This document shows, one piece after another, positions 40,372 to 50,235 of a stretch of 64,000 nt of DNA. Every line of letters begins with the position of its first letter. Position 1 is the stretch's first letter. This stretch comes from Methanomassiliicoccaceae archaeon (GTDB lineage: Archaea; Thermoplasmatota; Thermoplasmata; Methanomassiliicoccales; Methanomassiliicoccaceae). Location of the stretch: assembly GCA_040776945.1 (NCBI GenBank), contig JAXGZN010000001.1, forward strand, positions 768,001 through 832,000, read 5' to 3'. The position numbers and the translations under genes were made by a program. The notes beneath the pieces were generated by a model. It searched no databases and was not told the origin of the DNA. It saw nothing but the letters and a program-made list of their open reading frames with translations.

Positions 40372-41433
40372 ATGGCCAATGATGAGACCCCCATATGGGA
40401 GGTCATTGAGGAGTTCAAGGAGAAGGTTAAAAGCCAGGAATACGAGCTCAAGAAGCGCAGGGACAAGCTGGAGAGCACCGAGGAGGAGCTGTCCAGGGTC
40501 CACAAGGAGCTCGAGGAACGGACCGCCCAACTGGATGCCCGGGAGCGGGACATCCAGGGACGGCTTTCCGAACTTGTCCCGCGGGAGAACGCGGTCCAGG
40601 AGGCCGAGCTGGCCCTGCGCGCCCAAGAGAGGGAACTGCGTCTCCGCGAAGAGGAGGTGCAGCGCTCCAGGGTGGAGATCGAGCGCCGCCAGGCGGACCT
40701 CAGTCGCCAGGAGGAGGCCCTGGTCGCTCTGTCGGAGCGCTCAGCGGCATACGAGAGCAGCATCCAGGCAATGAGCGAGCAGATCAAGGAGATGGAGTCC
40801 GGACTTCTCAAGGACCAGGAACGCGCCAGGCAGCTCCTCGAAGAGCTCACCACGGCGAGAGAGGGCCTGCTGGCAAAGGGCAAGGTCCTTGCGGACCAGG
40901 AAGCCCTGCTGGCCGAGGGCCGCAGGATCGTCCTGGAGGAGCAGAAGCGCTTCGTCGGCTGGGAAAGGACCCTGAACGAGAGGGAGGAGAGCATCGCCCG
41001 CCGTTCATCGCTGCCGCCTCTCGAGGCGCCCACCGAAGAGCCCGAGCTGTCAGAGGCCTCACCGCCACATGAGCCTGAGCCAGTTGAGGCCGAGCCGGAG
41101 ATAGAGCCATCCATCGCCGAGCCAGAACCGGTTGCTGAGCCCGAACCGATCGAGGAGGACGAGGCCCCCACACCGGTCTACCGCGCCGAGGAGCCCGAAC
41201 CGATCGAGGAGGACGAGGCCCCCACACCGGTCTACCGCGCCGAGGAGCCGAGGCCGTCCGGGCCGGCATGCCCCAACTGCTCGGAGCCGGTCGCTGAGCA
41301 CGACGATAGATGCGGGCATTGCGATCACGCATTGAAGGAAACGCCCAAGGCAGGGGAAGCGGAGAAGGGGGACACGAAAGAGGACCCGTCGAAGAAGCCG
41401 GTTTCCATCCGCAAGATCATCCGCCGGAAGTAG
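40372..41433 (+). CDS. Long coiled-coil protein with an acidic Pro/Glu linker, Zn ribbon and basic tail
   Basis: GGAGG before ATG 40372; about 200 aa of heptad-rich E/R/L sequence; CPNC...CGHC; ends SIRKIIRRK. Confidence 0.8.
   Translation: MANDETPIWEVIEEFKEKVKSQEYELKKRRDKLESTEEELSRVHKELEERTAQLDARERDIQGRLSELVPRENAVQEAELALRAQERELRLREEEVQRSRVEIERRQADLSRQEEALVALSERSAAYESSIQAMSEQIKEMESGLLKDQERARQLLEELTTAREGLLAKGKVLADQEALLAEGRRIVLEEQKRFVGWERTLNEREESIARRSSLPPLEAPTEEPELSEASPPHEPEPVEAEPEIEPSIAEPEPVAEPEPIEEDEAPTPVYRAEEPEPIEEDEAPTPVYRAEEPRPSGPACPNCSEPVAEHDDRCGHCDHALKETPKAGEAEKGDTKEDPSKKPVSIRKIIRRK
41137..41244 (+). repeat. Perfect 54-bp tandem duplication (EPEPIEEDEAPTPVYRAE x2)
   Basis: 41137-41190 is identical to 41191-41244. 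Confidence 0.95.
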
Positions 41434-41576
41434 GCCAGAAACCTCTTTTTTATTCATTCGTTTTTATCACATTGGATGGGTTCACTTTTTGTTAATTGTA
41501 TGCTCAGATATAAATAAAGAAAATCTGCTGATACAACCAATTTCCAACACAATATATAAAAATGCCAGGTGGGTTC

Positions 41577-44500
41577 ATGAAAGGTCGCATATTGGCCAGT
41601 AGAGCTGCGAGCGTCATGATCGCGATAGGCCTTCTTTTAACGCCGATCGCGAGCGTGGTGTTCCTCATGGGTACGACAGGGGGCGCGGGCCCGCTGCCGT
41701 CTGACTACTCGAACGGCGACCGCGTTATCGGTTCGGACTACGCGGTCGAAACGTGGAGCGTGACGTCCACATACACTATGAACGGGAACCTGACCATCAG
41801 GTCCGGCGGTGTGGTCACGGTCTCCGGCGGAGGCCTTGTGTTCGCTGAGAACACCGGTCCCGATAAGATCGCCGGTACCGCTGATGATCGAGTGTATACG
41901 CTAACGATAGAGGACGGCGGAAAGCTCATACTGAGCAACTCGACGCTCACCACTAACCTGAACCAGCTCAACTCCTTCCCCAGCTTGGGGGTCATCGTCC
42001 GCAACGGAGGCGTCCTGGAGGCATATGACAGCGTGCTGTCCTTCCCGGGCCACCTGGTGGTCGACGATTCCACGCTGACCATGTGGAGGTCCAACATCAC
42101 CGGCAACGATCAGGTCGGCATCTACTGTAATGACACCTTCTTCCCGGAGCAGATATTCCGATACGCCCCGGTCCTGATGTTCATGTCATCTACCGTCAAC
42201 CTGTTCGATTCCTCGCTGCCGAACATCTACCAGACCCCCAACTCCACCGCGTACAACACGACCGAGATGTACACGAGCATGTACAATCACAAGTATCCGT
42301 TCGCGGTCGATGTGAACAACCCAATAACCAAGGCCAGGGAGAGCACGGCCTACTATCTGGAAAGGATGCCCTCCGCCAAGGGCGCCAGCGATAACACCGG
42401 CTCGGTGCTGCGGAACCTCCAGATGTCCGACAGGCTGTATTACAACGTGACGAACGGACAGACCATGGCGCTGGACGGGTTCGACGCCGGCGGCCTAATG
42501 TTCAGCGCCTCCGACAGCGTGGTGGCGAGGCTGAACGTTCAATACTACACCGATATTGGATACTCCAGCCCCTCAACCGTGCAGTACCAGTTCCGCAACG
42601 GAGCTACCGGCTCGACGGCCCTTTCGTTCACCAATACGCCGATCAACCCGGTGACCGGCACGGCGGACGAGGCTACGGCCTCGGCGACCCTGCCTCTCAT
42701 GTCCTCCCTGGACCTGTACGGCCTGAACCTTAGGTTCACAAACAGCGGCGGCCAGACCATCCACATCAACAAGATATGGATAACCTTCGAGATAATCGCA
42801 CCCACCTATACCAGCATCAATCTGGCCGGCAACACTCAGCTGACCGCGGTCAACACCTTCCTTGGCGTGGACTTCTCCAACAAGGAGAACCACAACACCA
42901 TGGTGCTCCGCGACAACTCGATGGCCTACCTGTACGGAGTGTCTCTGGACAACAGCACGGAGAAGACGGTCTCTCCGGCCGATAGGCAGCCCGCCTTCGT
43001 GACCATAGACAAGACCTTGGAGGCCACCGTCTCGTCCAAGTCGGTGAACGACACCACCGGTGAGAACATCGGAAGCCTTACCGCGATAGATACTTCGTAC
43101 TACCAAATAATGCCTGGTAGGGTCATGGAGATCAACGGGTTCAACACAAGCGATCTTAACGGACCCCTGTCTGGAGCGACCATCACTCTGACATATTCGA
43201 CAAGCTCGGGCTACACTCCAGGCAATTACCTACAATGGAGAGCGGACGACGGAACCTTCCATAACACCGCAATCCGGCCCCAATATACGCCAACTGCGGT
43301 ATCTGCCAGCTTTAACCTTTATGGCAATGGCGTTACCGAGGTGTCCGACGTCAGGAACCTAGAGGTCAGGTTCGCGAATGCGCACGCTAGCGCCAACGTG
43401 ATCGTGAGCAAACTATCCGTTGCGATGACCGTCAGTCCGACCATCTACATCTACCGCTGGGCGAACCTGATGGTCACCGACGAGCAGTCCCTGCCGGTCT
43501 ACGGCGCTACCGTGTCGTCAGTGCTCCAGAACTCCGGCGCCCCGGCGTACTACTACACGCCCGGCGGCCTTAGCGCCTATCCGTCCAGCGAGGTGCTCCA
43601 GTACCTCGGCAAGGATCTGACGAGCTACGGCGCCACCGACAACGAGGGAAAGGCCAGCATGCCGTTCCTGTCAGAGGTGCTCAACCAGGCCAACCCCAAC
43701 CCGTACGCGGCCTTCGCCTACGAGCTGACGGTGACCTACCAGAACTCGACCGGTTCAGTGTTCACCAACACAACTGGACTGGCCTTCCGCCCCTACCCGG
43801 ACATGACCCCTGCCAATACTTGGAAGAGGGTCAACATCACCATGCCCTCGCTTGCCCTCGAGCTCCCGGACCTGGTGATGCTGCCGATCAGCCTAGCCCC
43901 GGCGACGATCTATGACGGGGAGAGCGTGCAGATATCGGCGGTCCTTCATAACCGCGGCAGGACCACCGCCACCAGGGTGGAGGTGTCCATCATCGGCTAC
44001 ATCAACGGCTCGATACCTGCGTTCTGGTCCAACCAGACCATCGACACGATAGCGCCCGGCACTGAGAACGATCAGCCGCTTGCTACCGTGACCTGGGCCC
44101 ATATACCTGCGGGCAAGCACATCGTCAGCGTGATAATCGACCCCGCTCGCAAGATATCCGAGGAGAGCAAGGCCAACAACGTGATGTCCAAGCAGTTCAC
44201 CGTCCTGGCGAACCTGCCCGACCTCACGCTCAGCTCGACGGACATCGTCTTCGATCCCCAGCCGGCCAGCTCCAGCGACCTGGTCACCGCCACCATCTAC
44301 GTCAACAACACTGGGCGGGCCTCGGCCGACAATGCCACCATCTCGCTGTATGCCGGTGATGCCAGCCTCGGAGGCCAGTTCATCGGGTCCACGGTGGTGA
44401 CGATATCCGCCGGAAGCTTCGTGAAGACCACCTACAGCTGGAAGCCTTCCCAGATCGGCACCTATCCAGTGTTCGTTTACGTGAACGCCGACCGCTCCAT

Positions 44501-47500
44501 AGTGGAGTACGATTTCGACAACAACGAGGCGTTCAAGTCCATGACCGTCACCATGACCATTGACGGCGAAGACCTGGTGGTCGGAGGGGTGGACTACCCA
44601 ACGCTGACCATAGCCGGTCCCAACGCCTTCAACTGGGCCTACAACGTGGCGGTCATAAACAACGGCGTGCTGACGATCAGCAACACCGCTTTCACCGAGG
44701 TTCAGTCCAGCGCGTACCAGAGCAGGATCGTCGTGCAGGACCACGGCAAACTGGTGCTCACCGACGGGACGATGCTGAACTCCAACTTCAACATGGACAT
44801 GTATCTGATGGACAACGCCAACCTTACGGTGACGAACTCCAAGATATCGAACTCTGTGCGCATCCGGGCGGACGGCGCGAGCTCGGTGAACATAATGTCC
44901 TCGGAGATCGGCGCGGACCTTGTGGCTCCTGAGACCTCGCACGCCCACGTGTTCGTACAGGACACTACCTTCAGCCGCGCGTGGTCCTCCTTCGGAGGGC
45001 ACGCGGTGGCCGATGTTACCAACGTGTCGATAGCTTCGCTCAACGCCCAGGGCTCCGCGGTGATCAACCACTACCGCTGGGTCAAGGTCGTGGCCCTCGA
45101 TGGCACCGGGGAGAGGCTCCCCGGCTCTTACGTCGCCATCAGGCACCTGGTCAATGGGCAGTATGCGAGCGGGATGACCGGCGCGGACGGGTCCATAACC
45201 TTCAGGGTCCTGACCGATGTCCGCACCGCAGGCATGACCGTCCACCAGGGCTTCATTGGGGACTACATCGCCAACACCACCTACACCTATCAGGGCCAGA
45301 GCTTTGCCGGCCAGCACCCCATGAACGTGGGCATAGTCGGCTACTCGGAGCCTCTGGTCAGGTCGGTGCTGCCCCCGGTGACGATCCCTGTCCCCGGCGC
45401 CCTGCCGGACCTGGACCCTCCCATACATGTGTCCACCAGCACCCCGACCCATTATCAGGACGTTACAGTCTCGACCACCGTGTCCAACATCGGCGTGGTG
45501 GCGGCCCATAACGTCCTGGTGATGTTCAACGACACCGGCGTGACGTTCTATCAGTACACCATACCGGTGATCCAGCCGGGCCAGTCGGTGGACATCAGCA
45601 CCATCTGGAACGCCAGGCAGCTAGGGGAGCGCAACATCAGCGTGGTCATCGACCCCTACGGCAGGATCAACGAACTGGACAAGACCAACAACGGCAACTA
45701 CACCATCGTGAACGTCCAGGGCATAGCCGATCTTTCCGTCCAGAGGAACGATGTGACCATAAGTCCGACGACCCCGGCAAGGGGCCAGACCTCCACGATA
45801 TCGGCGAACATATGGAACACCGGCGATGTCTCCGCCAGCAACGTGCTGGTGAGCTTCTACGTCACCGCGCCAGGAGGCACCGTCAGAACATTGCTGGCCG
45901 ACGTCAACGTGGCCTACATCGACGTGAATGAGCACGGCGTGGCCACCACCGCGTGGACCCCTAGCCAGCCGGGCACCTACACCATCGAGGTGATAATCGA
46001 CCGCAACTCGGCGATCACCGAGATATCGGAGGAGAACAACAGCGTGTCGTTCTCCCAGAAGGTGCTGAACTACGCCGACCTGAGGCCCAGCTTCATAGTG
46101 TTCAATCCCGCCAGCCCGGTAAGCGTCGGGCAGAACGTCAATATAGAGGCGGCGGTGAAGAACATCGGTGAGGTGCCGGCGACCAACGTCGTCGTCCACT
46201 TCTACCGCGGCACCACGGCCGGTACCCTGATCGACACCCAGATCATCAGCTCTATCAACCCCGATCAGACGGTCACCGTGACCGGGCGCTGGACGGCCAC
46301 GCTTCTCGGCGGGGGGGTCTCGAGCACCCCGATAACGGTCTCCGTGAACCCCGCCGGCGAGGGCCGCATCAACGAGATCGACTATAACAACAACGCGATC
46401 AGCCAGAACCTGGTGGTCAACGACCTGAGGGCCGACCTCCTGTTCGTTGACGATATAGTCATAACCAGGGGCAGCGAGGCCGTGAGCCACGCAGCGCAGG
46501 GCGAGACGGTCGACATTTCCGTCATCGCCGCGAACGGAGGAAGCACCACCGCGATATCCGCGGCGTTCTACTTCTACGCGGTGAACGAGGATGACGAGCG
46601 GACCCTCATCGGCATCGCCCTGAAGAACCTGGAGGCCGGGGCCGAGGTGAAGGTCAACACCACATGGCAGATCAACCTCACCATGGGCACCTACGGCATC
46701 CTGGTCATAGCTAACGCGGATGGCATAATCGATGACAAGGACGCCACCAACAACGAGGTGGCCGCGCTCTTCACCATCGACGCGCCCAACGCTGCGGTGG
46801 AGATATACACCCTGGACAGCACGTCCTACGCCCCGGGCACCAACATCTTCGTGACCGGCAAGGTCTTCAACAGGAACACCTCGCAGGCCATACCTGGTGC
46901 ATCGGTGTCGGTATGGCTGGAGCGCAACGGCGTGCAGGTGGGCGAGAAGTTCAACGGCAGCACCAACGCCGAAGGCATCTTCGCCATCCCGCTGTATGTG
47001 CCAGAGGGCTCATCGGGCAGCTACCAGATCCATGGCGAATCGGCCATGGGGGACAAGGTGTTCACCTCCTCAAAGAACGTGAGCATCGTTCAGGTCGACG
47101 GTGGCGGCATCCCATGGTACATCTACCTGATGATCCTGGGGGTCATCGCCGCGGCCATCATCCTCTTCTCCGCCTGGCTGTACAAGTATGGTCTGGGAAA
47201 GATGGTGGAGTGCGGGGAGTGCGGGGCCCTGATCCCGGACTCCTCCAAGCGCTGCCCCAAGTGCGGCGTGGAGTTCGAGGTCGGCACCGCGAAGTGCAGC
47301 GAATGCAGCGCATGGATACCGTCGAACTCCACCACCTGTCCGGAGTGCAATGCCCGGTTCATCGGGGACGCCATCGAGGAAGAGGAGGACGCCTACCTCA
47401 AGAAGATGAGGGAACAGTACGAGGCCTACGTGGAAACCTACCGCGAGGAAGCGAAGAAGTCCATGGGCAAGAAGTACTCCGACGGCAAGTTCCAGGATTG

Positions 47501-47840
47501 GTTCAAGAAGCAGCCGAGCTACGTAAGCTTCGAGAACTGGCTGTCCAAGGAGGAGGAGAAGCGGAAGTTCACCGGGGTCTCCTGCCAGAGCTGCGGCACC
47601 CTCAACCCGCGCGGCTCGCCGGTCTGCCATAAGTGCGGCTCGAACCTAGAGGTAAAGAAGCCAGAGGCGCCGGAGGAGCAGTCCAAGCCCGAGGCCCCCA
47701 GGCCGATGAGGCGCATCGTGCGCCGGCCCGTGGAGAAGAGGACGGTCAAGTCCGAAGCTCCGGCGGAGGAGCCCAAGGCCGAGGAACAGCCCAAGGCCGA
47801 GGAACAGCCGAAGGCCGAAGAGGACAAGCCAGCGGAGTGA
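41577..47840 (+). CDS. Giant surface protein (about 2087 aa): beta-helix-like regions, about 6 CARDB domains, a single TM and cytoplasmic zinc ribbons
   Basis: Signal peptide; repeated LPDL...N.G...A..V.V.F...W......G...I.V..D....I.E....NN; TM WYIYLMILGVIAAAIILFSAWLY; six CxxC pairs after the TM; many N-x-S/T sequons. Confidence 0.88.
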   Translation: MKGRILASRAASVMIAIGLLLTPIASVVFLMGTTGGAGPLPSDYSNGDRVIGSDYAVETWSVTSTYTMNGNLTIRSGGVVTVSGGGLVFAENTGPDKIAGTADDRVYTLTIEDGGKLILSNSTLTTNLNQLNSFPSLGVIVRNGGVLEAYDSVLSFPGHLVVDDSTLTMWRSNITGNDQVGIYCNDTFFPEQIFRYAPVLMFMSSTVNLFDSSLPNIYQTPNSTAYNTTEMYTSMYNHKYPFAVDVNNPITKARESTAYYLERMPSAKGASDNTGSVLRNLQMSDRLYYNVTNGQTMALDGFDAGGLMFSASDSVVARLNVQYYTDIGYSSPSTVQYQFRNGATGSTALSFTNTPINPVTGTADEATASATLPLMSSLDLYGLNLRFTNSGGQTIHINKIWITFEIIAPTYTSINLAGNTQLTAVNTFLGVDFSNKENHNTMVLRDNSMAYLYGVSLDNSTEKTVSPADRQPAFVTIDKTLEATVSSKSVNDTTGENIGSLTAIDTSYYQIMPGRVMEINGFNTSDLNGPLSGATITLTYSTSSGYTPGNYLQWRADDGTFHNTAIRPQYTPTAVSASFNLYGNGVTEVSDVRNLEVRFANAHASANVIVSKLSVAMTVSPTIYIYRWANLMVTDEQSLPVYGATVSSVLQNSGAPAYYYTPGGLSAYPSSEVLQYLGKDLTSYGATDNEGKASMPFLSEVLNQANPNPYAAFAYELTVTYQNSTGSVFTNTTGLAFRPYPDMTPANTWKRVNITMPSLALELPDLVMLPISLAPATIYDGESVQISAVLHNRGRTTATRVEVSIIGYINGSIPAFWSNQTIDTIAPGTENDQPLATVTWAHIPAGKHIVSVIIDPARKISEESKANNVMSKQFTVLANLPDLTLSSTDIVFDPQPASSSDLVTATIYVNNTGRASADNATISLYAGDASLGGQFIGSTVVTISAGSFVKTTYSWKPSQIGTYPVFVYVNADRSIVEYDFDNNEAFKSMTVTMTIDGEDLVVGGVDYPTLTIAGPNAFNWAYNVAVINNGVLTISNTAFTEVQSSAYQSRIVVQDHGKLVLTDGTMLNSNFNMDMYLMDNANLTVTNSKISNSVRIRADGASSVNIMSSEIGADLVAPETSHAHVFVQDTTFSRAWSSFGGHAVADVTNVSIASLNAQGSAVINHYRWVKVVALDGTGERLPGSYVAIRHLVNGQYASGMTGADGSITFRVLTDVRTAGMTVHQGFIGDYIANTTYTYQGQSFAGQHPMNVGIVGYSEPLVRSVLPPVTIPVPGALPDLDPPIHVSTSTPTHYQDVTVSTTVSNIGVVAAHNVLVMFNDTGVTFYQYTIPVIQPGQSVDISTIWNARQLGERNISVVIDPYGRINELDKTNNGNYTIVNVQGIADLSVQRNDVTISPTTPARGQTSTISANIWNTGDVSASNVLVSFYVTAPGGTVRTLLADVNVAYIDVNEHGVATTAWTPSQPGTYTIEVIIDRNSAITEISEENNSVSFSQKVLNYADLRPSFIVFNPASPVSVGQNVNIEAAVKNIGEVPATNVVVHFYRGTTAGTLIDTQIISSINPDQTVTVTGRWTATLLGGGVSSTPITVSVNPAGEGRINEIDYNNNAISQNLVVNDLRADLLFVDDIVITRGSEAVSHAAQGETVDISVIAANGGSTTAISAAFYFYAVNEDDERTLIGIALKNLEAGAEVKVNTTWQINLTMGTYGILVIANADGIIDDKDATNNEVAALFTIDAPNAAVEIYTLDSTSYAPGTNIFVTGKVFNRNTSQAIPGASVSVWLERNGVQVGEKFNGSTNAEGIFAIPLYVPEGSSGSYQIHGESAMGDKVFTSSKNVSIVQVDGGGIPWYIYLMILGVIAAAIILFSAWLYKYGLGKMVECGECGALIPDSSKRCPKCGVEFEVGTAKCSECSAWIPSNSTTCPECNARFIGDAIEEEEDAYLKKMREQYEAYVETYREEAKKSMGKKYSDGKFQDWFKKQPSYVSFENWLSKEEEKRKFTGVSCQSCGTLNPRGSPVCHKCGSNLEVKKPEAPEEQSKPEAPRPMRRIVRRPVEKRTVKSEAPAEEPKAEEQPKAEEQPKAEEDKPAE
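47772..47825 (+). repeat. 18-bp tandem repeat x3 (PKAEEQ)
   Basis: cccaaggccgaggaacag twice plus one degenerate copy. Confidence 0.85.
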
Positions 47841-47853
47841 TCCCTGGCCTAAA

Positions 47854-47888
47854 CCTTTTCCTTCCTTTTTATCCGCTAGTGGTTTTTT
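47854..47888 (+). terminator. Oligo-T terminator after the CARDB gene
   Basis: ccttttccttcctttttatccgctagtggtttttt. Confidence 0.55.
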
Positions 47889-47943
47889 GGCCTGTCACGG
47901 CGATGCGTAGCTTTAATCTCACCCTCCGGCATGTCGAGGGCTG

Positions 47944-48531
47944 ATGACCGACAAATGTCCGCGATGCGGCGCCAATGTTCCTGAGGGGGTCGACGCGTGC
48001 GTCATATGCGGGGCCGAGTACAGCAGGGACGCCCAGCCTGCGCAGGCCGCTCCGACAACGAGCGCGGACGTGAACCAGACCGCCAGATGCCAGAACTGCG
48101 GGGCCGTCCTGCAGGGAAGGGAGGTGTTCTGCGGAAGGTGCGGTTTCCTCATCGATGCCCCTTATGAGTGCCGGGACTGCCGGACGCGGATCGGCGCCGA
48201 GGACCGCTACTGTACTGGCTGCGGACGCCTGGTCCGCCCGGCCAAGCTGTTCCGCTCCCCCTCCCGGCCGATAGCCGCCCTGCTGTTGGGGCTGGTGCCC
48301 GGACTGTTCTCGGTATGGGGGCTGGGGCAGCTGTTCTCCGTATCGATCAAGAAGGGAGTGCTGTTCTTCGTGCTGGGCATAGTGATGACGCTGGTGAACC
48401 CGTTCACCATCATAGCCGCCATCAACGGTCTCGGGGACCTTGCCGGCCTGTCCATACTGGGAATGGTGCTGTGGGCCGCGCTATGGATCCTTCAGGCCAT
48501 CGACGCGTACTGGGAAGCGGGCGGGGAGTAG
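47944..48531 (+). CDS. Triple zinc-ribbon membrane protein with a TM2-like C-terminus
   Basis: Six CxxC motifs, then IAALLLGLVPGLFSVWGLGQLF...KKG...WILQAIDAY. Confidence 0.8.
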   Translation: MTDKCPRCGANVPEGVDACVICGAEYSRDAQPAQAAPTTSADVNQTARCQNCGAVLQGREVFCGRCGFLIDAPYECRDCRTRIGAEDRYCTGCGRLVRPAKLFRSPSRPIAALLLGLVPGLFSVWGLGQLFSVSIKKGVLFFVLGIVMTLVNPFTIIAAINGLGDLAGLSILGMVLWAALWILQAIDAYWEAGGE

Positions 48532-48551
48532 AAAAAGGGCGATGGCCGGGC

Positions 48552-50234
48552 TCACTCGGCCATCTTCTCCTTGACCTCTTTCATCACTTTCTCGGGGTCC
48601 TTGTAGTAAGCGGACACGATCTTCGCCACCTGGCGGTAGTTGTTCACCCCGATCTTCTTCATGTACTCCAGGATGTCGATGCGCCTCTTCACCTCCCGCT
48701 CCATCTCCCTGGGTGACCAGTTGCGCACCGCCCTGACCTTCTCGTATATGTAGGAGTGGCCGGAGTAGGTGAACGAGTCGTCGGCGGGGTTCCAGTTGAA
48801 CACCGAGTTGGTGATGAGCTCGCCGGTCTCGGGGTCCATGCCCACTATCTCCGTCAGGCCCTTCACCCGCCGGGTCATCTTCGTCCCGACCTTGACCTGG
48901 CCTTGGAGCAGAACGAGGTTCAGGGCGGTGAGCAGGGCGCGAGGCAGCTCGATCGGCTCGTTCTCCAGCCGATGGACCATCGCCTGAACGTCCTCAGCAT
49001 GGAACGTCGAGTACGATATGTGCCCAGTGGCCATGGCCTGGAAGACCACGTACGCCTCTTTGCCACGGACCTCGCCGACCATCAGGTACTGGGGCCTTTG
49101 CCTCAGCGCGGCGGTCAGCAGGTCGAACATGTTGATGGTCCCGCTCATCGCGCCGGTCTTCCCGCCGAAGCCCTCCCTGGTCAGGCCGGGGATCCAGTTC
49201 TCGTGGGGAAGGTTCAGCTCACGAGTGTCCTCGATGCTGACGATCTTCATCTGCGGAGGGATGAACAGCAGGATGGCGTTGAGCGTGGTGGTCTTCCCGG
49301 ACGCTGTCCCGCCGCATACGAGCATGGAGGAACCGAACTCCACCGAGATCCATAGATAGGCCATCATCTCGGTGGAGAGGGTCTTGAAGCGCAGCAGGTC
49401 CACCGGAGTGAAGGGATTGTCCTTGAAACGCCGGATGGTGAACGACGACCCCCGTTTGGTGACATGCTTTCCCAGGGTCGCATTGAGCCTGGAGCCGTCA
49501 GGGATGGTGGCGTCGAGAAGGGGGTTGGCCACCGATATGTGCTTCCCGCACTTCTGGGCCAGCCACACCACGTAGGCGTCCAGCTCGTCCTCCCGCTCGA
49601 ACTTGATGTTGCTCTTGATGCTGCCGTACTTGCGGTGGTAGATGTAGAGAGGGATATCGACCCCGTCGCAGGAGCAGTCCTCGATGTTGGGGTCTATCAT
49701 CATCACATTGATGACGCCGTAGCCGGTGAAGTCACGGCGGAGATAGTACATGATCCGCTCCTTGGAGATGGGGTTGATCTCGACCCCGAGCTTGTTCAGG
49801 AGCCTTTCGGTCGCGCGGTTCAACACATCCCGCTTCTCCTCCACCTCCTTGGTCTCGGCAAGGTTGAGGGATACGATGAGCGAGCTCTTGAGCACGTCCA
49901 GAAGGGCGCTCTCGTCTGCGGTGAGCTTCGGCTCGATCACCTCGAAAAGGTACTCTCCGGCAGTGCCGTCGTACTTAATGCGCACGAAGGAGTAGGGGTC
50001 CTCGATAGGGATGACCTCGACCTCCTCCATGTCCGGCTCGGTGATCTTCGGCACCTCCGTGATGCAGGTCGAATCGCCGCAGGCGATGGCGCTCGGCAGC
50101 CGTACCCGCACCGGCCTCTTCCGCACCTTGTGAAGGAACGAGAGGTAGCGGGAGGCGATGGACAGCCTTTCCTTCTTCTCCTGCTCATCCTCGAACAGAG
50201 GCTCTATCTCGTCCTGCTGAATAGCTTCGTCCAT
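48552..50234 (-). CDS. Type IV pilus assembly ATPase (ArlI/VirB11/TadA-like), copy 2
   Basis: IEDCSCDG, GSSFTIRRF, GGTASGKTT, SIEDTREL, ALRQRPQYLMVGEVRG, AMATGH, TFHA. Confidence 0.93.
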   Translation of the reverse strand: MDEAIQQDEIEPLFEDEQEKKERLSIASRYLSFLHKVRKRPVRVRLPSAIACGDSTCITEVPKITEPDMEEVEVIPIEDPYSFVRIKYDGTAGEYLFEVIEPKLTADESALLDVLKSSLIVSLNLAETKEVEEKRDVLNRATERLLNKLGVEINPISKERIMYYLRRDFTGYGVINVMMIDPNIEDCSCDGVDIPLYIYHRKYGSIKSNIKFEREDELDAYVVWLAQKCGKHISVANPLLDATIPDGSRLNATLGKHVTKRGSSFTIRRFKDNPFTPVDLLRFKTLSTEMMAYLWISVEFGSSMLVCGGTASGKTTTLNAILLFIPPQMKIVSIEDTRELNLPHENWIPGLTREGFGGKTGAMSGTINMFDLLTAALRQRPQYLMVGEVRGKEAYVVFQAMATGHISYSTFHAEDVQAMVHRLENEPIELPRALLTALNLVLLQGQVKVGTKMTRRVKGLTEIVGMDPETGELITNSVFNWNPADDSFTYSGHSYIYEKVRAVRNWSPREMEREVKRRIDILEYMKKIGVNNYRQVAKIVSAYYKDPEKVMKEVKEKMAE

Positions 50235-50235
50235 A

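Noticed and set aside
41137-41244. Direct repeats as a possible CRISPR array
   Set aside because: Adjacent in-frame coding duplication with no spacers.
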